From positions 256,001-320,000 of the forward strand of contig OZ250186.1 in the NCBI GenBank assembly GCA_965238275.1: a stretch of 64,000 nucleotides of DNA. The letters are read 5' to 3'. Below, in pieces: positions 45,301-54,818 of the stretch. Position numbers and translations under genes: made by a program. The number at the start of each line of letters is the position of its first letter. Position 1 is the stretch's first letter. The notes below the pieces were generated by a model that worked only from the letters and a program-made list of their open reading frames with translations, was not told the origin of the DNA and did not search any database. The stretch comes from Nitrosopumilus sp. GTDB taxonomy: Archaea > Thermoproteota > Nitrososphaeria > Nitrososphaerales > Nitrosopumilaceae.

Positions 45301-45916
45301 CGGTTTGTCAAGCGGCTGCGGCGCGAGATCACCCACCTGTTCCCATTCATCCGCCTCAACACAAAGTGCCATAACAACGACGCCGAGCGCCCCCTGCGGC
45401 CCAGCGTCTCATCCCGGAATGTCTCAGGCGGCAGCAAGAGCCTTGCCGGCGCATACAACCACGCCGTCCTGGCCAGCATCCGCGAGACGTGCAGGATGCG
45501 CGGCGTCAACCCGCACGACTTTTTGGTAGACTACATGCGAGGTATCGTCGAAAGGATACCGGCAACAGCAGCAGCGGCAGCAACAACTGCATAAATCCTG
45601 CAAAATCCATCCATGGCTGCCCTGCATGTCCTGCGCGACTCCCGTCGCACCGGTTGCCTGACACGTATCAGGCCGCCGTACCGGCCCTCCACCAGATTCG
45701 GGCACAACGCACCGCCCCGGCAGCACCAAAAAAGATCCACTTCGCAAGTCCGATCACCGGATCGGCCAAAACGCAGCTCAGCCGAGCCTCACCCCGCCCG
45801 GAAAAAATCCTGAATAATGCCAATCAAATGGGCATTTACGGCCCAAAACGTAGCTCAGTTGGTAATTAATCGGGGCAGATCAGGCACGAAATCGCTTCGC
45901 AAAGGCGACCTCTTAC
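42362..45916 (+). mobile_element. IS66-family element with ~85-bp TIRs; transposase 43927-45594
   Basis: GTAAGAGGTCGCCTTTGCGAAGCG... inverted at both ends; GDETSW, TSD-S-H and HNNDAER motifs; no target duplication seen. Confidence 0.85.
42575..43928 (+). mobile_element. IS5-family element nested in the IS66 left end; transposase 42716-43876
   Basis: TIR AACT(T/C)TGTTTCCTAATTA; 8-bp TSD GGATCATG; DSTG, ADGAYD and GY..RWSVE motifs. Confidence 0.88.
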
Positions 45917-46033
45917 AAATAAACCCGATTTGTAAAAGGTGGGATTACTTTACAGGCAAACTTGTGTGACTGTTGGATTTGTGATTCAGGTCGGTAGGGC
46001 TTCATAAGGAGGCAGTCGTGTAGGCATCTAAAC

Positions 46034-46789
46034 TCATCTTTCCCTTGCAGGGCTTCCCGTGCCAAATATTTTCAGCGCCGTCTCCCCCTGCTTTTGGATT
46101 GATACCTCGCTCCTCCTACCCCTTGACTTGACAGAGATCAGGCTCCAGTCCCTCTCCATCGGATCAAGCAGTACCCGCAACCTGCTATGCTTTGCAGAAC
46201 CACCGAGTTCTTTCCCATCCACATCCGAGAGACTGATCACACCCATCTCTTCAAGTTCTTTCATAAGCTGAGCCTTACGCATGACACCACCATGTCTACT
46301 CAGTAGATCCAAAATCAACATGAACTCCTGCTTTGGTTTGTTGATGCTGTACGTGGGGAGATCCTCCGGTTCGTCTACGTGCTCTGAGAGGTCTACAATT
46401 TTCTTCCTCCCGACGTACGAGACAGGGGCGTAATACGGATGTGCATTCCACATCATACACGATAGCATACCTGCTATGGACGTGATCTTGGTGCCGGTCG
46501 AGACATTGACGTAGACATGATTCTCCTTTGCATCCAAGATGATCTTGCGAAACCCCTCCACACACTTGTACAGATTCCACAGATCCAAAGAGATCTCCTC
46601 TACATGGATGTGCTTGTAATTCTGTTTCAGTTCGTTCTTTACTTTAGTGTAAAATACTAGTGCGTCGTCATCAATCTCGGTGTGTTTCACAAGGTATACT
46701 AGATCCGCACGCATCTGTATGAGCGGCTGGGTCACGCGCCGGAATTCGAATCCTACAGGAGATATGTGTATCCTAAGCTTGGTCTGCAA
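46034..46789 (-). CDS. HFX_2341/DUF6293-type regulator (CARF-like Rossmann domain plus winged HTH)
   Basis: HISPVGFE, VYVNVSTGTKI and PYY motifs; C-terminal wHTH. Confidence 0.75.
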   Translation of the reverse strand: MQTKLRIHISPVGFEFRRVTQPLIQMRADLVYLVKHTEIDDDALVFYTKVKNELKQNYKHIHVEEISLDLWNLYKCVEGFRKIILDAKENHVYVNVSTGTKITSIAGMLSCMMWNAHPYYAPVSYVGRKKIVDLSEHVDEPEDLPTYSINKPKQEFMLILDLLSRHGGVMRKAQLMKELEEMGVISLSDVDGKELGGSAKHSRLRVLLDPMERDWSLISVKSRGRRSEVSIQKQGETALKIFGTGSPARER

Positions 46790-46898
46790 TGGGATCGTTA
46801 ACCATGTTTTCTTTATTTAGTTTTATCTCGTTATTAACTTTATTAACGTAATTACATCAAACAGATTAAAATAGTCGCAACCCCTTTAAAAAGTAGAG

Positions 46899-47135
46899 AT
46901 GAGCGAGATGGACAAGGAGAGCAAGATCATATTCGTCAATAACAAAAAGCTTTTCGTCAAAGAAGACGTGCTACTTGGAAAAGAGATATTGGAACTTGCG
47001 GGATTTGAGCCTAACAAGTACGATCTGTTTCTGGTGCGTGGCCAAAAAAGCGAAAGGATAGAAGAAAATCAACGGTGCGAGATCAAGAATGACATGCACT
47101 TTAATGCAATCCTAAAGGATGTGCCGTATGGGTGA
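46899..47135 (+). CDS. Ubiquitin-like (multi-ubiquitin-type) protein
   Basis: IFVNNK..LLGKEILELAG..YDLF beta-grasp pattern; ends in Gly. Confidence 0.8.
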   Translation: MSEMDKESKIIFVNNKKLFVKEDVLLGKEILELAGFEPNKYDLFLVRGQKSERIEENQRCEIKNDMHFNAILKDVPYG

Positions 47136-47521
47136 TACCAGACAGGCTACTGCAAGACACCAACATGCTAAAGGCAAGAGGCTTTAACCTCAGCCTTATT
47201 GAGCGTGATGGGAAGGTGTATGTGGAATTCAAGGACTTTCCACTCCCAGAAGGCGTATACAGTATGGACACTACCAACTTGATTATCTTTACTAGTCCGC
47301 ATTACCCTTGCGCATCGTTTGATATGTTCTGGACGTTGCCTGAGTTGGTCATGAAAGACGGTCCCGTCCCCAAACAGGCAGAGGTCATAGAGACCCACTT
47401 GGGAAGAGAATGGAGGCGGTTCAGCTACCACCCATATCAAAATGTCACTTGGAATCCTTCTGACGATAATGTCGTAAAGTATGTAGGGTATGTACAGCAA
47501 AGGTTGCAAAACGGCGATTGA
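47132..47521 (+). CDS. Prokaryotic E2/UBC-like protein (E2_E type)
   Basis: FPLPEG.Y, YP...DMFW and WRRFSYH..WNP motifs; 4-bp overlap with the Ubl gene. Confidence 0.8.
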   Translation: MIPDRLLQDTNMLKARGFNLSLIERDGKVYVEFKDFPLPEGVYSMDTTNLIIFTSPHYPCASFDMFWTLPELVMKDGPVPKQAEVIETHLGREWRRFSYHPYQNVTWNPSDDNVVKYVGYVQQRLQNGD

Positions 47522-47522
47522 A

Positions 47523-48857
47523 ATGTGGACTATCACATTCCCTAAGCCCCTGTACAAGGAACTGGAAGAGTTTTTGTTCAGCACAGCACCATACGAGAAC
47601 GGGTGCTTTTTGCTAGCGCAGGCATATGATGCTGGCAAGAGATCCATGCTACTTGCCACGGACATCCTAAAACCTGCTGAGGGATCTTGGAACTCCCAAG
47701 GAAGGCACAGCCTTATGCCTAGCTCGTCGTTTATCAATGAATGCGTCGTAAGGTCGGAGGCGACCAAATCCAGCCTAATCTTTGTGCACACCCACCCAGA
47801 TACTGCACACCCTCCAACATTCAGCAAGATAGACAGGATAACCAACAGGAAGATGTTCACAAACCTCTCTGAGATCGTGCCTGGACGACCACTAGGTAGC
47901 CTGGTGTTCAGCAGGCATGGTGTTTCCGGAGTCGTGTTTGATAAGGCTAGAATCTCTAGCGTCAAACGTGTAAAGATAGTGGGCAACACTCTGACTGAGT
48001 GTAATACTATCGGGACCAACGCCAGATCGTCCAAGACAATGGCCATGTTTGAGAGGCAGACCAGAGCGTTTGGCACACATGTTCAACAACAGATCCAAAA
48101 CATGTCGGTGACTGTCATAGGAGTCGGTGGCACGGGTTCGTCTGTGTCAGTCCAGCTCGCAAGGATGGGTGTGAAACACATACGGTTGGTGGACATGGAC
48201 CACGTCGACGAGTCCAACCTTACAAGGATATATGGCTCAAGAAAGTCAGATGTGGGCAGGATGAAAGTAGACGTGCTGAGGCGTCACATTATGTCGTTTT
48301 CAAGATCCACAGTGACTGCGATATGTGCCAACGTGTTAGATGACTCTGTACTCAATGCGCTGATAGAGTCAGATGTCATGTTTGGATGTACTGACAACCA
48401 CATAAGCCGGCACAGACTCAACGAGATCTCGAACAGGTTCTACATCCCGTTAATTGACGTGGGGTGCAGGATAGATGTGGACGATGCCGGATCGATATCT
48501 CAGGCAGTAGCAAAGATTCAGGCCGTCACACCGGAAAGCGCGTGCCTGTGGTGCTCTGGTACCCTTGATGGCAGAACCATGTTGCAGGAATCGTTGCCGG
48601 AGGAAGAAAAAAAGAAGCTCGCAGAAGAAGGATACTACGAAGAGGTCGGCAAGCAGCCCAGCGTAATATCGTTGACCACGCTGGCTGCCAGCATGGCGGT
48701 CAACAAGTTCCTTGGCATCGTAGGCGCGATTGAAGATGAGTCAGGTACGAGGCTGCAAGTGGAACTGAGGGGCGGTTTCATGATCAGCGATGTGCCAGAG
48801 ATAAGGGCAGAATGTGTCTGCCGAAAGAATATGGGCGTGGTGTTCCGTAACGCCTAA
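47523..48857 (+). CDS. JAB/MPN peptidase - ThiF/E1 fusion
   Basis: JAB E...HTHP...FS..D; E1 GVGGTG, D.D.VDESNL.R, CTDN, CLWC and CVC. Confidence 0.88.
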   Translation: MWTITFPKPLYKELEEFLFSTAPYENGCFLLAQAYDAGKRSMLLATDILKPAEGSWNSQGRHSLMPSSSFINECVVRSEATKSSLIFVHTHPDTAHPPTFSKIDRITNRKMFTNLSEIVPGRPLGSLVFSRHGVSGVVFDKARISSVKRVKIVGNTLTECNTIGTNARSSKTMAMFERQTRAFGTHVQQQIQNMSVTVIGVGGTGSSVSVQLARMGVKHIRLVDMDHVDESNLTRIYGSRKSDVGRMKVDVLRRHIMSFSRSTVTAICANVLDDSVLNALIESDVMFGCTDNHISRHRLNEISNRFYIPLIDVGCRIDVDDAGSISQAVAKIQAVTPESACLWCSGTLDGRTMLQESLPEEEKKKLAEEGYYEEVGKQPSVISLTTLAASMAVNKFLGIVGAIEDESGTRLQVELRGGFMISDVPEIRAECVCRKNMGVVFRNA

Positions 48858-49638
48858 AACGCGTCCTGAATTGGAACTGGTTGGGCTCTGGGTACTGCCA
48901 AGCCCGGACTCAGCATATCTTGATGAGCGCCTCGTCCACGTGGAATTTCGAAATGTTTCAAGCGAGACGATTCACGTAACGTCAGTCGCATGCTCGTTTC
49001 AAACGGAAGAAGATCTTGAAGATCATAGGATAGTGTGGACGCGTCCACTTTATTTGAAATCCAAACAGAGGAAGGCGATCACCATGAATCTAAAAATTGA
49101 TTTGGAACTAATTCCGTACACAAACATACCATTTACAGAGGTCTCATACACGATTGACAACTCAGAACGAGTTAAAAAATTTGAGTGTCCGCGTGGCTTT
49201 GCCAACATCAACAATATCCCGTCCCATGACAAATACTTCTTCATCTCGCACAAGATTCCCACAGACACACGACTGGCCAGACGACTCGATTATTACCTGC
49301 GGAAGATCGGATTTTGGGGGTATGTTGCGGAAGCCATCCCCCAGCCTGGTCAGTCGGTGTGGGAGGAAAAGCTCTTTCCAAAAATAGAAGAATGCACCGG
49401 CGTTATCGTACTATGGACCCGAGAGGCCAAAGGATCGCCCGAATCCATAGATCGAGAGGTGCGCCGTGCTAGGAAGTATGACAAGAGAGTAATGTCGCTT
49501 ATAGAAGGCGAATCAATACCGGATGTGGTTGCCAATCAACCAGAGGAATACATTATGACAAGTGGTCCCATAACGGAGTCTAGCCTCGTCAAACTTGTAC
49601 ACAGAATACGCATGATGTACGAAGACGGAACTTTTTGA
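48814..49638 (+). CDS. TIR-domain protein with beta-rich N-terminal domain (start uncertain)
   Basis: FFISH..D..LA..L, PG..W, VIVLWT..S..IDRE (catalytic Glu position). Confidence 0.78.
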   Translation: MSAERIWAWCSVTPKTRPELELVGLWVLPSPDSAYLDERLVHVEFRNVSSETIHVTSVACSFQTEEDLEDHRIVWTRPLYLKSKQRKAITMNLKIDLELIPYTNIPFTEVSYTIDNSERVKKFECPRGFANINNIPSHDKYFFISHKIPTDTRLARRLDYYLRKIGFWGYVAEAIPQPGQSVWEEKLFPKIEECTGVIVLWTREAKGSPESIDREVRRARKYDKRVMSLIEGESIPDVVANQPEEYIMTSGPITESSLVKLVHRIRMMYEDGTF

Positions 49639-49928
49639 TTGTATCACGACACCCAAACGTAATCATCATACTGACGAGTAGTGAAAAATTTGTATCACAC
49701 GCAACGGTACAGGATCTTTTAGGCCTGCAATCACGGCGGATCTGGATCCCTTGCAGTATCCCGACTTGGGAACTTCCCGTGAATTTACCCACTTGCTTGT
49801 GTTGCATTCCCCTGTAGCACCGCCAAAATCTAAAAATAGTATGTGATTCGCTTTTTGAAGTTCCCCGAGATTCCGTGCCTGTATGCGTAGTAATTTGATT
49901 AATGATTCGGACAATTAATTGAATTTTG

Positions 49929-51564
49929 GTATCTGTGTAGTTTTTTGATCAAATGTTGAACTCCATATCTACAATTAGAAAATCCGCGTCTGTCTAATTT
50001 TTTTAAAACTATTTTTGATCACTTGATCGAGTTTTTCTCTCCGTCCTAATTTTTAGATCATTGTTGCCCACGGTTTGCATATGTCTGATGATAATTCCGA
50101 GTCAAGGATTGCAGAACTGGAGGAAAAAGTGGGTGTGATGGCAGAGCAGATGGCCGAAAAAGACCGGCAGATGGCCGAAAAAGACCGGCATATGGCCAAA
50201 CTCGCTGATCTTTACGCTGCCGCCCTCAAACAGATCCAGGATCTCACGGCAGAGTTGCAGGAGGCAAAGGGCATCATATCGGCTGCCGTTGCAAGGAGCA
50301 TCGGCGCAAAACCGGACAAAAAGACCGGCAGTACCCGGCGCCGCGCAAAGGGCAAGGGCAAGGGCAAGCCAAGTGACCACAAACGCACGGGCCTTGCGCG
50401 TCCTGAAAGAATAGACGCAGAGGAAACAGCAGATCCGCACACGTGCGGCAACTGCGGCAGCTCCGACCTCTCAGAATGTGTGTCCACGTACACAAAGGTG
50501 GTAAGGGAGGCTGCCAAGGTGGAACTAGAGCACATCAAGGTGACAGTAAAGAGAAGGCGCTGCAGGAACTGCAAGAAGACCGTGTCTGGCATGACTCCGC
50601 TGGCACTGCCAAACTCCAGGTACGGGATCAACTTTATGATAATGATGGTCATCCTCAGGCTGCACGGCATGTCAGACCTCAGGATATGCCAGATTGTCCT
50701 GATAACGTACTCTGCAAGGATCACCGAATCTGCCATAAACCGCATGGTGTGCAGGATGGCACGGGAGCTTGGGCCGCTGTACGAGAAGATCAAGGAGGAG
50801 GTGAGGCGCTCGCCTGCGATAAACGGGGACGAGTCCGTCTGGCGCGTCAACGGCACCAACTACTGGCTGTGGGCGGTGGTAACAAAGTACGCCGTAATCT
50901 ACGAGGTACACCGCCGCAGGAACTCGAAGGTTCCAAAAAAGATGCTTGGCAGGGACTATTCGGGATGCGTGACGTCTGACTCGTGGGGAGCGTGGAACGT
51001 CATAGGAGCCATGCACCAAAAGTGCCACCTGCATTACGTCCGGGACGTCAAGGACACCCTGAAATACAAAAATCCCGGCCAGGACTACCGGCGGCACGCA
51101 AGGACGCTGCGCAGCATACTGTGGGACTCGCACGTCGACGGTGCCATTCTGGGAGGAGCAGACGCGCTTGCCACAAAGAAGAGGCTGGACCGTCGCATCG
51201 CGTCCCTGGTAGGCAGGCTCGAGAAGGACCGCGACTGCAAGCACTGCAACAGGATGCGCAAGAGGCTGGTGCGGGAAAGGGATCACCTGTTTGCGTTTCT
51301 GGAGACAGACGATGTCGAATACCACAACAACCGGGCAGAGCGGGCCATCAGGCCGTACGTCATCCTTCGCAAGAACAGCAACGGGAGCAGGTCAAAGAAG
51401 GGCGCAGACGCTATTGCCATACTGATGAGCATCAAGCAGACATGCAAGGCAAGGGGCGATGATCTTTGCACGGTCCTGCGCGAGGGTCTGGTTCTATGTC
51501 AAAAAAATACATAGTTTCTTGTAGACCTGGAATTCAACATTTGATCAAAAAACTACACAGTTAC
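49929..51564 (+). mobile_element. IS66-family element; transposase 50075-51514
   Basis: ~35-bp TIR; 8-bp TSD GAATTTTG; GDES and HNNRAER motifs. Confidence 0.9.
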
Positions 51565-51746
51565 GAATTTTGCCGTATTTTTGCCATAGTCTACATCCAT
51601 GCGGTAAATTTCCCGGCTTTGGTACAAGGGGACTACATCATGGACGGGCGTGCCCGTCATTTGGACATGGCTTGAATCAAAGACGGCGTGTATTGGACAG
51701 TTTGCAGGTGGCTGGAGCGAATCCACGCCGTATTTGAGATGCATAG

Positions 51747-53182
51747 TATTACGATTAAAGATCTGAAAAACCAAAGTCAGGTGAACCTGCCTTTTGGATG
51801 AACCTGTAGGCCAAACCCCGTTCTGGACGCATGGTGCGCCATGCAGGCGAACAAGACGGCGGGGGAAGCAGGCGTGGCTGCCGTCAGATCTGGAGTCTCC
51901 GATGGAATCATTCGGGCAAGGCCGTGATGCCTCAGGATGGGATGCCATAATGAACCGTCTGCTGCATCGAGCGTGTTATGTAGAAAGGGGGACTGTCAGG
52001 CCGTCAGGCGGGCGTTCCGGTGCGGAAACTGCATCCGGGCTCTCCCGAATCTTTATGGCATCCAGTATGTACTTGAACAGCTTTACTCTGGCCACCTCTC
52101 CGTCATTGAGCATCTTTCTGATTCTCTTCTCCAGCCTGTCAAACCCGCCAAAGAACGTGTCTGCAATCGCCCTCTTGATCTCCCTCCACTGTACCTCTAT
52201 GGGGTTGTGCTGCGGCGTGTGCGGGGGCAGGAACCACCTTACTACGGCACCATTTGCCTTCTCGATGAACTCGTCCATGTCCTTGCTCTTGTGTGTAGCC
52301 GCGTTGTCCATTATCACAAAGACCCTCCCGTACTTTTGCCTGATCTCCTCCAGGAGTGCGATTACGTTCTTTGTGCCCAGCTTTTCATGGAACTGCACGT
52401 CCAGAGTGTCCTCGCCAAGGGCACCGATGATCTTGATACTCTTCTTGGAATAGTTGATCTTGATTTCGTCGCATCCGCCCCTGCGCCGTATGCCGCGGCT
52501 GGATGCAGGCGAGTCGACCAGGGCTGCCGCATCCAGACACACCACCTTGTAGCGCTTCTGGACATACGTTTCTATCTCCCTCACGGTATTCTTTACGTAC
52601 TCTTCCTGCTCCTGCACGGTGGCCGAATTGTACGGCGCCGGTCTGGTCTTCCTGACTGAGAAGTTCAGTCTGGCCGTAAGCCTGAGGGCTCCGTCGGCAC
52701 TGTACCTGACGTTAAACGTATTCAGGATGTGGCAGGAGACGAGCTTGGCTGTCCAGTTGCCTCGTTGGAAGCCGCTCTCCTCGGGGCTCTTCTCCAAGGC
52801 CTCGTCCAGACTGCTCCTCTGCGGGTCGGACAGGCGGCACGGCCTGCCGGGGCTCTTGCGATCGTACCTCCTCCCCGTGTCGCCATCCAACCGCAGTAGC
52901 CAGCCGTGTATCGTACTCTGGCTTTCCGATGGCCTCGGATATCTCATTTAGAAACTTGCCCTTTTTCCTGTGACAAGCCGCCTGCAACATGATCTGGGCC
53001 TTGCAGTCCTTTTCCTTGGCCTGCATCGATTGGAGTTCCTCCTCACTGATGTCCTTGAGGAACTCCTCCCCACGTTTTACCACTTTTGCCGGCCTCACGG
53101 GGTTTCTTGTGGGATGATCGATCTGAACCTTTCGGTTTGCCGTGACTCATAATTGGGTTTTCCGGATCTTTAATCGTAATAC
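51747..53182 (-). mobile_element. IS630-family element; transposase 51976-53098 frameshifted near 52945
   Basis: TIR GTATTACGATTAAAGATC flanked by TA; homologous to 53206-54384. Confidence 0.85.
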
Positions 53183-54479
53183 TATGCATGTGCAATGGTT
53201 GGTTTCTAGCAGGCAACGGCTGCACGATTTGGCGGTCCCGCGTGGTACTGCAAACGTGTTTTCACTTCCGGCGTGGCAACGGCTGCACAGTTCAGTGGAG
53301 GTTCCGGGGTCGGAAGGACTGCCGTCCTGGTCTCCCCAATGACGCCGCAGGCCTCTAGCATGTACCACAGCATCTTGATCCGGGGAATCTCTCCGCTCTC
53401 CACCAACAGCGTGATCCTTTCCTTCATCTCGTCGGATCTGCCAAAGAACGTGTTTGATATGGCCCTTTTAATCTCCCTCCACAGCATCTCGATGGGGTTG
53501 TGCTGCGGGGTACGCGGGGGAAGAAAGCACAGGGCCACCTTGCCTTTTTCGGACCGGACATAATCCCTCATGGCCCTGCCGGTGTGGGCGCCTGCGTTGT
53601 CAAGGATCACGAAGATCTTTTCGTGTTTTTCACGGAGCTTCTTGAAAAATGCAATTATGCCTTCCGCCTTCAGGTTTTCCGGATAGTCAAGCTCAACTGT
53701 GTCTTGGCTCATGGCTCCAATGACATGGACGCCCTTTTTGGAATAGTTGACACGGACTGTATCCCTCTCGCCCCTGAGCAGTATGCCGTATTTTGGGACC
53801 GGCGTGTTGATGATGCTGGCTGCATCAAAGCAAAACAGCTTGAAACCGTTCTTGTGGTGTGTTGTTATCTCCTTGACAGTATTTTTCACGTATTCCTCCA
53901 GATCTTCCTCCGTGGCCGTGTTGTACGGCACGGGCCTGCGCTTTCGGACTGAGAAGTTCATCCTGTCAGTCAGCCTGAGGACTCCGGAGATGCCGTACTT
54001 TATGCCAAACGCATTGCCGATGTGGGAGGCGACCATGCGGGCAGTCCACATGTCCGAGCAGAAGCCGCTCTTTTCAGGACTGTCACGAAGTATGCCCTCC
54101 AGGTGTATCCGGATGCGCTCTGACAGGCGGCACGGTCTGCCGGGACTCTTGCAGTCATGCCTGTACTCCAACCCTCCGACTGCCAGTCGCATCAGCCAGT
54201 CATATACCGTGCTCCTTGCATATCCGATGGCATCCAAGGACATTCCCCTCTTCCGGTGTATGGCTGCCTGTAGCCTCATCTTGGCCTTGTGGCAGGATTC
54301 CTTGCCTTGCATGACTTTAAGATCCTCCAGAGGGATATCTGGAAGGAATTCTGCTCCCCGCTTTATTCTTTTTTCACTAGGCATGGGGGTGGTGGATAGC
54401 TCATATGATCTTAATGTTTCGGTTTGCTCAAAAAATGATTAAAAATCCCGGGATTTTGTCCGAATCATTAATCAAAATA

Positions 54480-54760
54480 CTACGCGTCCATCTTCTCCAA
54501 GTTATTCGAGGTGTACAGCAGCACTGATGCCCCGTGCTTGCAGACCTTCCCGGCGTAAAGGCACGTGCAATCACAACTCGGGTGTTCCGGGTCATGGCGC
54601 ATTCCCACCTGATGGACGGTGCCGTCCAAAACGCGTCCCCTCAGGACGTTCTTGTCGAGTCTGGCCCGGATTACTCCGCCGTCGCGCAGCAATTTTTGTC
54701 CCGGCTTGAACGACTCGCCTGACACGTTTTTGATCCATTCGGTAGTTAGCACTTCCTTGA
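54480..54760 (-). pseudogene. SWIM zinc-finger gene interrupted by IS630
   Basis: CDCTC...CKH motif; stop created at the IS junction. Confidence 0.6.
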
Positions 54761-54818
54761 CCTTTAGACCCGCATGATTCTTAATCATTCTGGAGTAATT
54801 CGGCCGTACCGAACGCGC

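Larger units (their letters stand above)
49890..54480 (-). mobile_element. IS630-family element (transposase 53206-54384) hosting two nested ISs
   Basis: TIR GTA(A/T)TTTGATTAATGATTCGGACAA with flanking TA at 49888-89 and 54481-82; DNAGAH and PQHNPIE motifs. Confidence 0.85.
2359..54773. mobile_element. Integrated element/genomic island (~52 kb) at tRNA-Lys
   Basis: 13-bp direct repeat CCTTTAGACCCGC at 2359-2371 (tRNA 3' end) and 54761-54773; integrase next to the tRNA; core genes resume just after the second copy. Confidence 0.8.

Noticed and set aside
42362-45916. Novel two-transposase element
   Set aside because: The inner IS5 has its own TIRs and an 8-bp TSD, so this is simple nesting.
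46899-49638. CBASS type II or Thoeris
   Set aside because: No CD-NTase or ThsA-like effector is seen, and the E1/E2/JAB arrangement differs from Cap2/Cap3.
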